Both the position numbers and the translations under genes were made by a program. A stretch of 64,000 nucleotides of DNA from Felis catus (lineage: Eukaryota): contig NC_058382.1 of the NCBI RefSeq assembly GCF_018350175.1, positions 54,562,001 through 54,626,000 of the forward strand, read 5' to 3'. The notes under the pieces are model-generated. The model was given only the letters and a program-made list of their open reading frames with translations. It was not told where the DNA came from and made no database searches. Every line of letters starts with the position of its first letter. Position 1 is the stretch's first letter. Of this stretch, positions 24,841 to 37,500 are shown one piece after another.

Positions 24841-26240
24841 TTTAAAACTGTATTGTCTATGTTAGGGATGATTGTCAGTTCCAAACAGTTCCAATACAAC
24901 TGGAAGGTTGTGTTGAGAAGGATGTTAAGACTTAGACACTGGAGGAAAGAGGTCTGTGGTTGATTAACGATGTCAGCCAGGGAATAAAGAGAGGTAGCAT
25001 GTGAGCCACCTATTTGCCACGGCTTATATAAAAAGATTCCAAATCCTTACTCTAGATTCCTACACCTGGCTGACACATTCCCAGGCAATTAACGGTGAGG
25101 GGAATGTTGATGGGCCAGGAGAGGAGGTGAAAAGCCCCCGCCGGGGGTTTAAGTCAAAAGCAAGCTATAATCCCTCAAAACTCCTTGCCACCACCTTGGC
25201 TCTACACCACGCCATACGCCCACCTCCATCTTCCTGGAAGTTTCAGGTTTAAAGGAATTTTCAATCTATGTCAGAATTTCAGCCAGGAGAGAAAGATGGT
25301 TTCCTGGCAGCCTCAGCTGGAATTCTGAATGGATGTTCTGTGGATCCTTAACAATGTATCGAAAGAAGAAATCAATGAATAGAAACACTGTGAGGCATGG
25401 TAGAAGTGAAGTTTCTTAAAACAGAGCTAAGCTTCAGGCATATGAAGTGGTTCAGTAAGTCTTGAAGATTGGCTTGGGCATGCTGATCACTGGTAATAAA
25501 GTTTCTAAAGGAAAATGATTTGAAGACTTCAATCTAATTTACAGTTTTAGAACACAACTTGGCGGGGAGTTGAATCTTTGCCTCAAAGCGAAGCACATGC
25601 ACCGCTCGCACAATTTGTTCACGTTTTCAAGAGTATAAATCTTATCTCTCCATGTTAATTATCTGTGCCTTATACTTATTATGTGTCCACAGAGCACAGC
25701 AGCTTTGATGATGCATAGAATGATTCCTAGGGGAATCATCCCTCCAAATCAGACCTTTTTTACTGCAGTCCCAGTCTCCCAGCTTTCCGCTCTTTCCACC
25801 CATTCACTCATTCAGTGCCTATTAGATGCCTAACTCCGGGGATAAAAGAGTAAAGCAACGCCTGTCTTCTGGGTATCACCCAGTTTACAAGTCTACACGA
25901 AAGCACAAGTCATCAAATACACGCAATCCACCTGTTGCTCCTAAAGCCTAGGCGTTTCACAGCGGACTCTTCTCTTTACTAGAATAGCCCCTCCCCTTCC
26001 CCCAGTCTCCTTCCCTTCTTCCAAGATCCTTCTTTGTTCCTTAGGTAGCTCCTTCTCTTCCTCCAGCATCCAGCAGCTCCTACCGTGTCACAAAAGATGC
26101 CTACTCTTCTTTCAAGAGTTGTCCTCTCCAGCAAAACGTCCCCCCTTGCCCACGAGCCCCTCCCCTTCCTCCCTTTGCCCCTCCCCCACAGGGCTCCGCC
26201 CCCTATGCGGCTCCCCCCACCGCCCCACCCACATACTCAC

Positions 26241-26520
26241 CGCCCCCCTAGGCCCCTCCCACTCTTATTCCAGCCCCTCCCCCGGCCCACAGTACCTCCC
26301 CCTTTTGCCTCCCGGCCTCGGTGCGCAGCTTCCTTTCGAACTGGGCAGGGCCTCTCTCTCCGCCGCCCGTGCAGTGGTCCGGGGCCTTGGCCGGGAGGCG
26401 GGGAAGCGGCCACGGCCGCTCACACCCTTCTGTGGGGCCCACAGGATGGAAGGCTCCGGGACAACCAAGTACCCCCGCAGCGGGCGAGGGCGACAGTTGC
26501 CCCGGGTTACGGACGCGCTG
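26241..26520 (-). other. C16orf46: Predicted non-coding exon 1 of C16orf46 (TSS approximate)
   Basis: Lies in the CpG island. Strong minus-strand donor GCG|gtgagt at 26240-26235, with a weaker GAG|gtactg near 26295. Confidence 0.5.
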
Positions 26521-26824
26521 GGGGCGGAGCGGGGCGGTGGGCGGCGCCCGCGGGGTCTGTGGCGGAAGTGACGCCAAGCCCGCTGGCGTAACAAAGCTGA
26601 GCGCGGGAGGCGCTGCTGGCTGACGGCCCTGGGCACGTGCTCCCGGCAGGCTCTGCGCGGCTGCGCACCTTCCACGGGAGAGAGGTTCCCTGGCCCGAGG
26701 TGGGCGCCCGAGGCGGCGTTTGAGGTAAGGTGTGAGCCCGAGCGCGAGTCAGGGAAGTAGACGCAGCGGCTTCATGCCCGCCGGACGCTGGAGTTAGTAA
26801 CGAGGACCGGCCTCCACTCACGGG

Positions 26825-26980
26825 CGCGCACTGCTGGCCTGGGCGGGATGGTGCTGGGGGGAGGCGGGGGCTGTCCTGCGCGTTGTCGGATGCTCAGCAG
26901 CATCCGTGGCCTCCACTCTTTAGGTTCCCGGCTTTGCTAGCTGTCCCCAGACCGCCCCTTCTCCAGGAGAACGACTGCGG
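26825..26980 (-). mobile_element. GC-enriched MER20-like fragment inside the CpG island
   Basis: gggggctgtcctgcgcgttgtcggatgctcagcagcatccgtggcctcca aligns by eye to the MER20 reverse strand. Confidence 0.6.
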
Positions 26981-27652
26981 GAGGGTGATGCGGGCCAAGT
27001 TTCTAGTGGAATCTCCTCATCCTTAACTTTCTGGCCCCCAGTTGCTCAACGGGTAGGTGCTAGTTTGAATCCACCGGCGGCACGAGGGTAGCACCCGTTG
27101 AACTTGTCGCGGTACAGCGCTGTGAGGCGGGCATGGGCATCTTGTAAACGAACGAAGGGAAATGGCCGTGCTAACATCCCGAAGTCAGATGAGGAACTGG
27201 AACAGTGGAAGGCTACCCACCCCCTCCTCCTCTCCCTTTGGTCCTGTTACTTTTGGGCACCTCAAGGCGCAGCCAAGGCTGGGAACCTGTGCCTGGACTC
27301 AGCTCAAGTCTGATTCCAAAGCCCGTCTGCTTTCTAGTTTTTTCAAGTGTGAATGTTTGTCTTGTATAAATGCATTAGAATGTCTTTCACAGCACTGTGA
27401 TTAAGAGGCATTTGGAGAGATGGCTTTGTATTACTGCTTTTGCACCGAACATACCGTATTAGAAAGTCTAGGGAGCCTGTGGAAAGACCTGTGTAACATT
27501 GCTCTAGGATGTTACAACAAATACTTTTCTAGATATGACTTTTTTGGATATCATTTCTTTACCTACAGTATGCATATTTGGATCTTGTTGTATATCACAA
27601 CCTGGAAGTAAATGGTGTGCCTAAAACAATTGTACAAAACTGCGTAACTTCA

Positions 27653-29043
27653 GAGGCACCTGGGTGGCTCAGGTAATGGTATCACAGTTGGTGAGTTTGA
27701 GCCCCGCATCAGGCTCTGCACTTGACGGTGTGGGGGTGTGGCGTTTGCTTGGATCCTGTCACTTTCTCTCTCCCCCTCCCCCGCTCATGCTCGCTGTCAA
27801 AAATAAACATTAAAAAGTTACACCACTTTTTGAAAAGTATTTTAAGAAATGTAAATTTAATGAGTTTGATACCCACCAATACTTAAAAATATAAACGAAT
27901 TAAAAGATGTAAATTCTTCCTTTTTCTATTTATTCATATTTGTGTTTTTATTCTTACTACACAGAACTTTATTCTGACATTTATGGTCAAAAAGTTATTG
28001 AGTAGTCTTGTCATTTTCCTGTTCAATAAAAGAATAATTTGAAAATCAAACTTAAATTTTTTCATAAGACCATAAGGCTGAAACAGTTCCTTGTTTTTCC
28101 GGATTGAGAATTATCTCCATTCCTACTCATCTGACAGACAGTAGGAATGTATTACGTGTTGATAAATACTAAATTTATCAGTATCAGAAGTGTATCAGAA
28201 TGAAATGGGTGGGGCTGTTCCTCACCTAGTCCCAATTCATGTATCTGTGCATAAATATCACATACTGCTAGAATGAGATTCATCCCCAATTTTATTTAAT
28301 TTTTTAATGTTTATTTTTGAGAGAGAGAGGCAGAACTTCACGGGAGGAGAGGCAGAGAGAGACGGAGACACAGAATCCAAAGGAAGCTCCAGGCTCTGAG
28401 CTGTCAGCACTGAGTCCGACCTGGGGCTCGAACCCATAAACCATGAGACCATGACCTGAGCTGAAGTTGGACGCTCAATTGACTGAGCCACCCAAGTGGC
28501 CACCCCCCCCCCCCACTTTTTAAATATATGTAACCTGAGATACCTTGTTCATTTGAAGATGCATATGAAAGAGGTTTTATTATAGCAGTTTCCCCCAAAG
28601 TTTTTTTTAACTCCTTTACACACAGAAATCACATAATTATTCACCACCAACAAAAATGTAATGATCAGCTGACAATTTGGTTAGGTCTTCACTTCTTTTG
28701 AACAAAATTTGAAATCACCTGACTAGCAGAAGGATTTGTTACCCCATCATTAAAGCTACTTTCTGTTTCTGGGAAGTATACCAAACATTTAAACTAAGTA
28801 TTTTACTAAATGACTTTTTTTTTTTTTTTAATTTTTAACGTTTTATTTATCCTTGAGAGAGAGAGAGGAAGAAAAGAGCATGAGCGAGGGAGGGGCAGAG
28901 CTAGAGAGGGACACAGCATCTGAAGCAGGCTCCAGGCTCTGAGCTGTCAGCACAGAACCTGACGCAGGGCTCAAACTCATGAACCATGAGATCACGACCT
29001 GAGTCGGAGTCAGATGCCCAATGACTGAGCCGCCCAGGTGCCC
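27653..29043. mobile_element. Three Can-SINEs: about 27653-27815 (+), 28295-28505 (-), 28815-29043 (-)
   Basis: Recognisable SINE heads, CT/GA tracts and A/T tails. Confidence 0.8.
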
Positions 29044-31234
29044 GACTCTTAATTAAACTTGACTGTAAGCACATTCTCATAAACACGTGGAAGTTGGAAG
29101 ATCTGGTAACTGATTTCCTTCAGAACAGTGCCTGCATCCCCATTTGAAATAGGCTAGCAGTAATCACTGTTGAAGTTTAGCAGGTAAAAACCTGATAGGG
29201 TGACTCAGTAGAGACATTAAGGAAAAAGTGTGTTTAGCTAGTCATGCTTACAAAAAGCCAATATAGACTGAATCAAGATATCACAAACTCTAGTAGAGTA
29301 AGATCCCAGGGTCAGCAAAGGAAGGTTTCAAAAACAGAAAGATGGAGGCAGGACATCTTTGAAAACTGTATTTTCTATTTAATTTTGCTGCGAACCTAAA
29401 TCTGCTCTGAGAAATAGTCCATTTAAAAGGGAAAAAAACAACAGAGAAAGGGAAAACACTGATGGGGGTAGGTGGTGAGTAGTAAAGCCATTTGCAGGGA
29501 AGAAAATTTAATCTGGGCGTAAAGTGAGGGCCCTCTGAGGAAGGCAGATGTGTGACTGGGTCTGAAACAATACAGTGATTGCTAAGCAGTAATGAAGACA
29601 GTTACAATTAGCATAATTTTTAAAACTGAAGGTGAACAGTGCTGGTATTTTAGCCCCAGAAAAATTGGAAAAATTCAGGAATTCTGATTTGCTGAGAGCT
29701 TATCTGAAATACCTGCCTCATTTTCATACTGGCGCACCTATACAGAGAGCCCTCCAGCAGTTTCTTTCTTAAAACTTAACACTTCAGCTTCTTTAAACTC
29801 TGAGAGGCGATAATAAAATTTTTGAGGTGATAAAAACAAAATTTTTAATACTTCTTGGGTAACCTGTTCCATTTCTTGAGTTTTAATTATCAGCAAGCAT
29901 TATTCAAAACTTTTTATTAAACTGCCCTATTAAGACCAAAACCATTCAAAAGGAATAGATCAGAAAAGTTAAATTCTGTTGATTTACTCTATGGAGGGCC
30001 ATTCGATGCCTGTTATTTCTGGCAGCATTGTAATAGAAACAAGGGTCAAAACGGTTCTGTATTCTAAATAGCAAGAGTAAGTTGCCATAATGTTCTGCTC
30101 TTGGAGAAAACTCAGAGTGAGCCTCATAAGGCAAGTGTGTGTCTTTGGGAAAGGACAGGAGAGAGAATAAACTGCCCACCTCTTGGAGATTACAATCACT
30201 GATGTGCTTTCACTCTAGGACTGCCATTGTTCCTTGCTTCCCCCCTCCTTTAGCACATTGATCTTCCCTCCCCACCACCCCGATTCCAATTTAAGTATCT
30301 TTGTAGTAACATGAACTAAAGAACTGAAGAATGAACCAGAAAAGGTGAAAATCTTAAATGACTTCCCAGCTCTTTATGTGTCTTATCCTCTCCACCACCT
30401 TTTTTTGTGAAATGGTGGTAGTTACGGGTCTGTCCTTCTTAGCTCTGGCTATTATTTTGATCATCACAGGTAATGTATGAGAATATCTTCAAAACGAAAG
30501 AGTAAATCTATGTAATTATTACTCATTTCCTCAATCCTTATTTCCTAAGCAGAGAGTCAAATTAATTTTTAATAATTAAAAACTAACAATTATACATACA
30601 GGGAGAGAGTCATCCAAGATACTTTGGGTACTTTCGTGATAAAGGTGCAGAGATACAGCTCAGCAGTGCCATGGCCATTAAAGGATGGTTTCTTTCTACT
30701 GAGGAGCAGGGAAGATTTACCTATTTCCTTTAGGTTTTCACCTTTGCTGTTTATTCACCGTCAGAAGGTGGTAGTGTTTGAATACCTCCCTTTTCCTGCA
30801 CCAACTGGGAAAAATGATAGAGGTGTTTGCTCTCGCTGTGTGTACTTATATTAGCAACCTAAAAGTATCACTGGGCACTGTAAATTTGCTTAAGCTGCAA
30901 CGAATATTCACTAAGTCAGTGTCGGAGCTCGTAAAGTTTCACTATGTCTACTGCTGTTCCCATTACTTAAAATGGAAACCTGAATGTGGTTTACTTACTT
31001 AAGGATGCTATGTGCTATGTTGATCAAACTTTTACCTTTCCTTGTTTTCCTTTTCTCTCTTCTAACTTAGCAGGATAAAAACAAAATAAGTCAGTGCTTT
31101 CCTTTTGATTATGTTAAAGATAACCAAAAAATGGTACTTAATACTATCAGGCAATTAGGTCTTTTTTATTTGCGACTAAAAGAAAACATTTTCCTGGAAC
31201 TCTTCATTGTTACGGCTTAAATTGCCTTTTATTT

Positions 31235-31630
31235 TTTATTTAGTGTTTAAGTGTATTTACTTATTTTGAGAGAAAAAGAGAGGGCACAAGAAGGGCAGAG
31301 AGAGAGAATCCCAAGCCGGATCTGCCTGTCAGCACAAAGCCTAATGTGAGACTCCAACTCACAAACGGTGGGATCACGCTCTGAGCCGCAATTGGACACC
31401 CAACAGAATGAGCCACCCAGGTGCCCCTATATTTCCTTTACAAGGGGCACCTGGGTAGCTCAGTTAAGCATCTTGATCTCTCAGCTTGTGGGTTCCAGCC
31501 CCATGTTGGGCTCTGTGCTGACAGGACAGAGCCTGCCAGCATTCTCTGTCCCCCTCTCTCTGACCCTCCCCTGCTTACATGCACACTCACACACTCTCTC
31601 AAAATACATAAATAAGCTTAAAAAAAAAGA
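31235..31630. mobile_element. Head-to-head pair of Can-SINEs: 31235-31427 (-) and 31444-31630 (+)
   Basis: ...gccacccaggtgcccc, a 16-nt spacer, then ggggcacctgggtagc... Confidence 0.85.
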
Positions 31631-31758
31631 TACATATAAAAATAATAAGTTCCTTAAATAACTTTCCATAAGTTAAAATTAGCATTTTCACAAATATTAG
31701 CAGAGTCACTAAATGAAATAGTAACAAAACAAAATACATGATTAATGAAGTTGAATGT

Positions 31759-31764
31759 TTTATT
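31759..31764 (-). terminator. GCSH: Candidate GCSH poly(A) signal AATAAA
   Basis: TTTATT on the + strand, about 530 nt past the GCSH stop, at the end of an AT-rich stretch with no recognised repeats. Confidence 0.65.
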
Positions 31765-32297
31765 AAACTATTTATCTTCCTGCAAGGCTGTTGCTTCACC
31801 ATATAAAAATAGCACCAGCAAGCACAGTATATTACAAAATTAAGATAATATTGTTCTTTATCTGACACTATACAACTAACAGACCTTTCTCCACTGCCAT
31901 TTATTTCCAATGGACAGATCATTTAAGTATTTTGACCCCAATCCAGGGATAGATGTAAGCAAGTGAAAATTCCCAAAGGTTTAAGATGACATTGTTATCC
32001 TGGAATTACATAGTTTTTATAACTAATTTCTAACCACAGATAATTTCAGGATTCTGAATATTATAACTGGAGCCTAGCCTAAAAATCATAGGGTGTTGCA
32101 AAAAATATACATATTGTGTTCATAGGCAATGGTTAGAAAGTTAAGGGGTGTTTTCTTTCATTAACATTGTTGCAAGTAGTTTCTTTTTGCACTGGTATTG
32201 CTAAAAGTTGCCATTTTAAATCCTCTGTGCACCATTAATTTAAGACAACTATGCTAGATTAAGTTGTTTCACACTAGTTTATTTAGGGGTTCCATTT

Positions 32298-32395
32298 TTA
32301 CTCCTCAATAGATTTTATGTATTTCTCATATGCTTCTTCACTCATCAATTCATCCAGTTCTGAAGGATTACTGAGTGTTATCTTGATCAGCCAAC
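32298..32395 (-). CDS. GCSH: GCSH exon 5 (coding part)
   Basis: Acceptor ttggttgcag. Encodes (G)[31 protein letters not shown] in 98 nt. Confidence 0.97.
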
Positions 32396-32635
32396 CTGCA
32401 ACCAAAAAACAGTTATCATATTCCAAACTATCTTTTTAAAGTGTCAGAGTCAAATGTGTTCAAAATGTAAAAATTTCTGAGTGCCTCAAAACTTAGTATT
32501 CTTGACATAAATCACTCATTATTTGTTCAAGGAGAGTTATATTTTAGCCTTAACAATTCAGTTAATATCTTTGCATATCACAACTGAAAAGAATTAAAGC
32601 TGGAATAGTTTCCACCATAATGGATTAAGGACTCA

Positions 32636-33370
32636 ACTTCACACCTGTCAGAATGGCTAAAATCAAAAACACAAGGAACAGCAAGTATTGGCAAGGATAT
32701 GGAGAAAAAGAAACCCTCATGCACTGCTGGTGGGAATGCGAACTCATGCAGCCACTGTGGAATACACTATGGAGGTTCCTCAAAAAATTAAAAACAGAAC
32801 TACCCTATGATTCAGTAATCACACTACTGGGTATTTATCCAAATACGAAAACACGAATGTGAAAGCATACATGCACTCCCCTAGGTTTCCTGCAGCATTA
32901 TTTACAATAGCCAATTACGGAGGCAGCCCAAGTGTCCACTGATAGATGAACGGACAAACTTGTGGTATATATACAATGGATTATTACTCAGCTGTAAAAA
33001 AAAAAAAAAAAAAAAAAAAATTGCCATTTGCAACAACATGGATGGAGATAGAGAGTATAACGCTAACTGAAATAAGTCAGAGAAAGACAAATACCGTATG
33101 ACTTCATTAGCATGGAATTTAAGAAAAACAAAGGAAAAACACAGAGGCAAACCAAGAAACAGCCTCTTAACTATAGAGAACTGATGGTTAGCAGAGGGGA
33201 GGTAGGTGGGGGAATGGGTGAACCGGGAGCCGGGCATTAAGGAGTACATTTATCATGATGAGCACTGAGTAATGTATAGAATTGCTGAATCGCTATATTG
33301 TACACATGAAAGTAATACATAACACGATATATTAACAGTACCGGAATTAACATTTTTTAAATGAAAAGCG
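32636..33370 (+). mobile_element. L1 3' fragment (ORF2 end and 3' UTR) in GCSH intron 4, antisense to GCSH
   Basis: cacacctgtcagaatggctaaaatc...tgctggtgggaatgc...ggaggttcctcaaaaaattaaaaacagaactaccctatga. ORF 32653-32862 resembles the L1 ORF2 C-terminus (HCWWECELMQPLW). Confidence 0.9.
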
Positions 33371-34015
33371 AAAAACAAAAACTTTAAGTTGTCATAACCA
33401 TCAACAACTAACATTGAGGGATCCAGATACGCAGACCAGGGACAGCTTTCTCTCCCAGAAGAAACACTGTAACTGCTGAGGTGAATGGCGGCAGAAAGCA
33501 GTAGTTGAGTTAGAGGGGGCAGGTGACAGGCAACAGAGAACTGCAAGCTAATCCTGGTTTTCCCATTTATTAGCTGTGCGAACTTAATAGATAAAACCTT
33601 TGGAGCCTCAATTCACGTACAAAATGGAGACAATTGCTGCCCCCCATACTTCCCCAGGTTACTGGGAAGATGACCGTATGAGAAAACTGGCACCTGGCAC
33701 AGTGGGTGTTCCTCTGCCGCCACCCACACCACACAGGGTGACTGGGTACTTCGTGTCTGAAGAGGAAAATAAAGAGTCCCAACGGTGACACCAAGAACTC
33801 TAAAATAAGGCAGTGCTTTCAATGACAGAGATCTTAAACATAAGCTTCAATACTGAGCTAATCTGTCTTTCCCTTTTTTTACAGTAAAACATCCCTATTT
33901 ACTATCAAAAAGTGCAAAAAGATGAAGTTAAAATCAGCTGAAGCTTGCTTTATGAATCTAGGTTAAATGTTAACTGTAGCAATAATCCTTTGAAAAAGTT
34001 CTAGCGACAACTTAC

Positions 34016-34147
34016 CATCTTCATAACAAGATTTGTTGACAAGTCCTGGATTTTCTGCAAGAGCTTCATTAATTTCAGTTACTTCTCCTGATAGAGGAGA
34101 ATAGAGTTCACTAGCAGCTTTCACACTTTCCAAAGCACCAAACTCCT
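34016..34147 (-). CDS. GCSH: GCSH exon 4, containing the lipoyl-lysine
   Basis: 132 nt, [49 protein letters not shown] lipoylation motif with K107 at 34119-34121. AG/GT boundaries. Confidence 0.97.
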
Positions 34148-34599
34148 CTAAATTGAGAAAATTAAAGAAAATATCAAATATAAGTCAGTAACCTGAACAT
34201 ATAAAATATGGAGTAGTCACCTTTAATACAGGCAAGATAAAACATTCTAAATATCTTTAATTAAAAATAAAACCATAGGGGTGCCTAGGCGGCTCAGCCG
34301 GTTGAGGGTCTATTGATTCTGGCTCAAGTCATGATCCCAGGGTAGGACTGAGCCCCGCACTGGGCTCCACGCTGAGTGTGGAGTCTGCCTAAGATTCTGT
34401 CTCTCCGTCTACCCCTCTCCCCAGCTCTCTCTCTAAAACAAAATAAAACCACAGATTTTTGTCATGCTCCTGTCACCTGTGAGAAGGGTATAAATATCCT
34501 CAGTAAAGTGGATCTATCTGTTTTAGACAGAGTGACAACAATGGTGATGTATCTGAATACCAATGTATTTAATAAGTTCAGTAAAAATTTTCTTTGAAT

Positions 34600-37500
34600 T
34601 TACTGTAGCTCTGAAAATGAAAATTTTAGGAGGTTCCAATAATGGTGAAGTATCTTATCAGACCAGCCTTCCTGCACATAACAATTGTAAACTCTGAACA
34701 AAACATAAAAAAACAATGATATGAAGGCTCTGTAGAGCGACTAAAAGAGAAGTCAGTCCTTAAAGGGGGCCCAAACTGGGTGTGATCTTGATTTGCATAA
34801 TTTGTGCCGACAGCGTTGCCTCAAAGTGCACAGTGTAACTGGAACACAAACAGAAAACCAGTCTTAATTGCTGGAGGGATCAGAGGACAGAATGTGGGCC
34901 TGCCAAGGTGGCTGGAAATTGAGGGTTGAGATCCTTAAAAGAAGAGAGCCATGATGAAGAGAAAAAGTCAACAGATCCCAAAATGACCCATAGACCCACA
35001 TACTGGAATAAACAGAGAGCCTAAAAGTAGCTATTATAAATGTTATGTTATAAACATGTTCAGATCTTTTAAAAGTTCATCTTATGTTCATCATGAGGGA
35101 ACACCTATAAAGAAATGAAATTTAAATGAACATTCTAGCACTGGAAAGTATAATATCTACAATAAAATTCACTGGATGGCAGTAACAGAAGGGTCAGGGA
35201 ATGTGAAGAAAGAGCGTCTGAAATTAACCAATTAGATGGGTTATTTCAGTCTTTTGACAAATTTTTAAAGCACTGAAAAAACAGCCTCAGTCACGTGTGG
35301 GACAACATCAAGTGATCGAAAGTGAATGATAAGAATACAACATGCCCGTATTTGTGGGTTATAGCTAAAATGGCGCTGGAAATTAATATCTTTGGGTTTC
35401 ATTTACAAAGAACATCTTAAAACAAATGACCTGGGTTCTAAAGATACTAGAAAAACACGAACAAAAGCAGTTAATTTACGGAAAGTAGACAACACTTGAA
35501 AGAAGGAATAGTGATTTTTTTTCCAATGGCTTTTAGCCTGAAGAGAGGCACCAATCTGTGCTATGTGGGGCAGCCAAAATTCTGAAAGAAAATCTCAGTC
35601 TTAATTGGCGTTAAGGAACCAGAAGACAAGTGTTTGAGGCCACCACAGCTACTGGAAAACGAGGTGGGAAATCCAAAAGAGAGAAACTAAAAGGGAGCAC
35701 CAAAAAGCCTGTGTGTAAACTCTGCCCAGGTCTCTGAACTATCCCTCAGCCATGCATGCACCAGGCAGACTCCCAAGTGTCCCAGCTGAGGCCAAAAGAA
35801 TTAAACTTCTATTTTAGCTGCTATCCACCACAAGGGAGACAGCATTTTACCATATGGGTAGAAAATACTTAGTAAGAAGTCAGAAAAATTAGAGCAAATT
35901 AAATCTAAGTTGAAGGAAGAAAACAAAGATAGGAGCATGAAATGGACTATAGAGAAAATTAACCATGAAAATTTGCTTCCTTCAAGATTAATACAATTGA
36001 TAAATAGCTACCAAGAATGATCAAGGGAAAAAAAAACACAAATTATTACGAATATGAAGGAACAAAACAGGGGTTCTTAACTGTAGATCCTGCAGATATA
36101 AAAGGATAACAAATGAAAAATGAGCATTTTTACACAATTTCACAACAGGAAATGGAAAAACTCCCCTCAAAACATAATAAAACCAAAGTAAGACCATGTA
36201 GAAAATATGAATAGCCTTATATCTATTTTTTTTTTATGTTTATTGTTTTGAGAGAGAGAGACAGAGAACACAAGTGGGGGAGGGACAGAGAGAGAGGGAG
36301 TCACAGAATCTGAAACAGGCTCCATCCAGGCTCTGAGCTGTCAGCACAGCTGATGTGGGGCTCGAACCACTAGCCACCCACTCACACCATGAGATGATGA
36401 CCTGAGCTAAAGTGGAAGCTTAACTGACTGAACTACTCAGACGCCCCTGAATAGCTTTATACCTGTTAAAGAAATTACATTACATGTCAAAAACCTTCCG
36501 ACAATGAAATCATCTGACTCACAGTTCACTGGTTAATTCTATCATTTAAAGAATAATACCAATCTTGCAAATTCTTTCAGAAAAAGATAGGTGGTGAGAA
36601 CATTTCCAAACTTAGTCCAAACAATATAACTAATTCCAAAATTTGACAAAGCCATTATAAAAGACCAGTATCTCTCATGAATATTAATATGAAAATTATT
36701 AATTAGCAAATCAAATCCAGTAGTATATTTTTAAAAGACAATTTTTGCATCATGTCTACCAGGAAGGCAAGGCTAATTAAACACTTAAAAATAAATCAAT
36801 CTTGGGGTGCCAAAGTGGCTTAGTCAGTTGAACATCTGATTCTGACTCAGGGTCTTGGGATCAAGCCCTGCATCTGGGTCCAGGTTGAACATGGAGCCCA
36901 CTTAAGATTCTCTCTCCTTCCCTCTGACCCTCTCCCCTGCTTTCGTGCTCCCTCTTTCTAAAATAACAAATCTTATTAATCACATTAACAGAATAAAGGA
37001 GAAACCCCTATGATCACGTGAATAGATGGATAAAACAAATCTGACAAAATTCAACATCCATAAATGATAAAAACTCTCAGCAAACTAGATAGAAAGGAAC
37101 CTCCTCATCTAATAATGGGCATCCATCAGAAACCCCACAGCAAACTATCATGCCTAATGATGCAGTCTTCAATGCATTCTCCCAAGATTAGGAACAAGGC
37201 CAAGGCAATGATGTCTACCTTACCACTTCTATTCAACATTACACTGAGGGCTTGGTCTAGTGCAATAAGGCAAGGGGAAGAAATAAAATGCATGAAGATT
37301 GAAAATAAGAAATAAAGCTATTTACAGATTACATTGTTTACATAGAAGATCCAAAGGAATCTACAAAACTATAAGAACAGTGAATTTAATAAGGCCTGAA
37401 AATGAAAGCAAAAACTATTGTGAAGTTTCAAGAAAAAAAACACAACGGAGAGTACCTTTGCAAACTTGATACATGCCAGAGTTACTCAAACTTTCTCGGT

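Larger units (their letters stand above)
26150..27200. promoter_or_regulatory. CpG island, C16orf46 promoter
   Basis: High GC and CpG density, GC boxes, RFX X-box at 26496-26510 and ETS/CRE-like CGGAAGTGACG at 26563-26573. Confidence 0.85.

Noticed and set aside
26085..26821. Multiple overlapping Pro/Arg/Gly-rich ORFs
   Set aside because: CpG-island compositional artefact.
21154..34147. GCSH-C16orf46 readthrough fusion protein
   Set aside because: Splicing GCSH exon 4 to the 24499 or 21401 acceptors hits a stop within a few codons (TAG, TAA), so these junctions give no fusion ORF.
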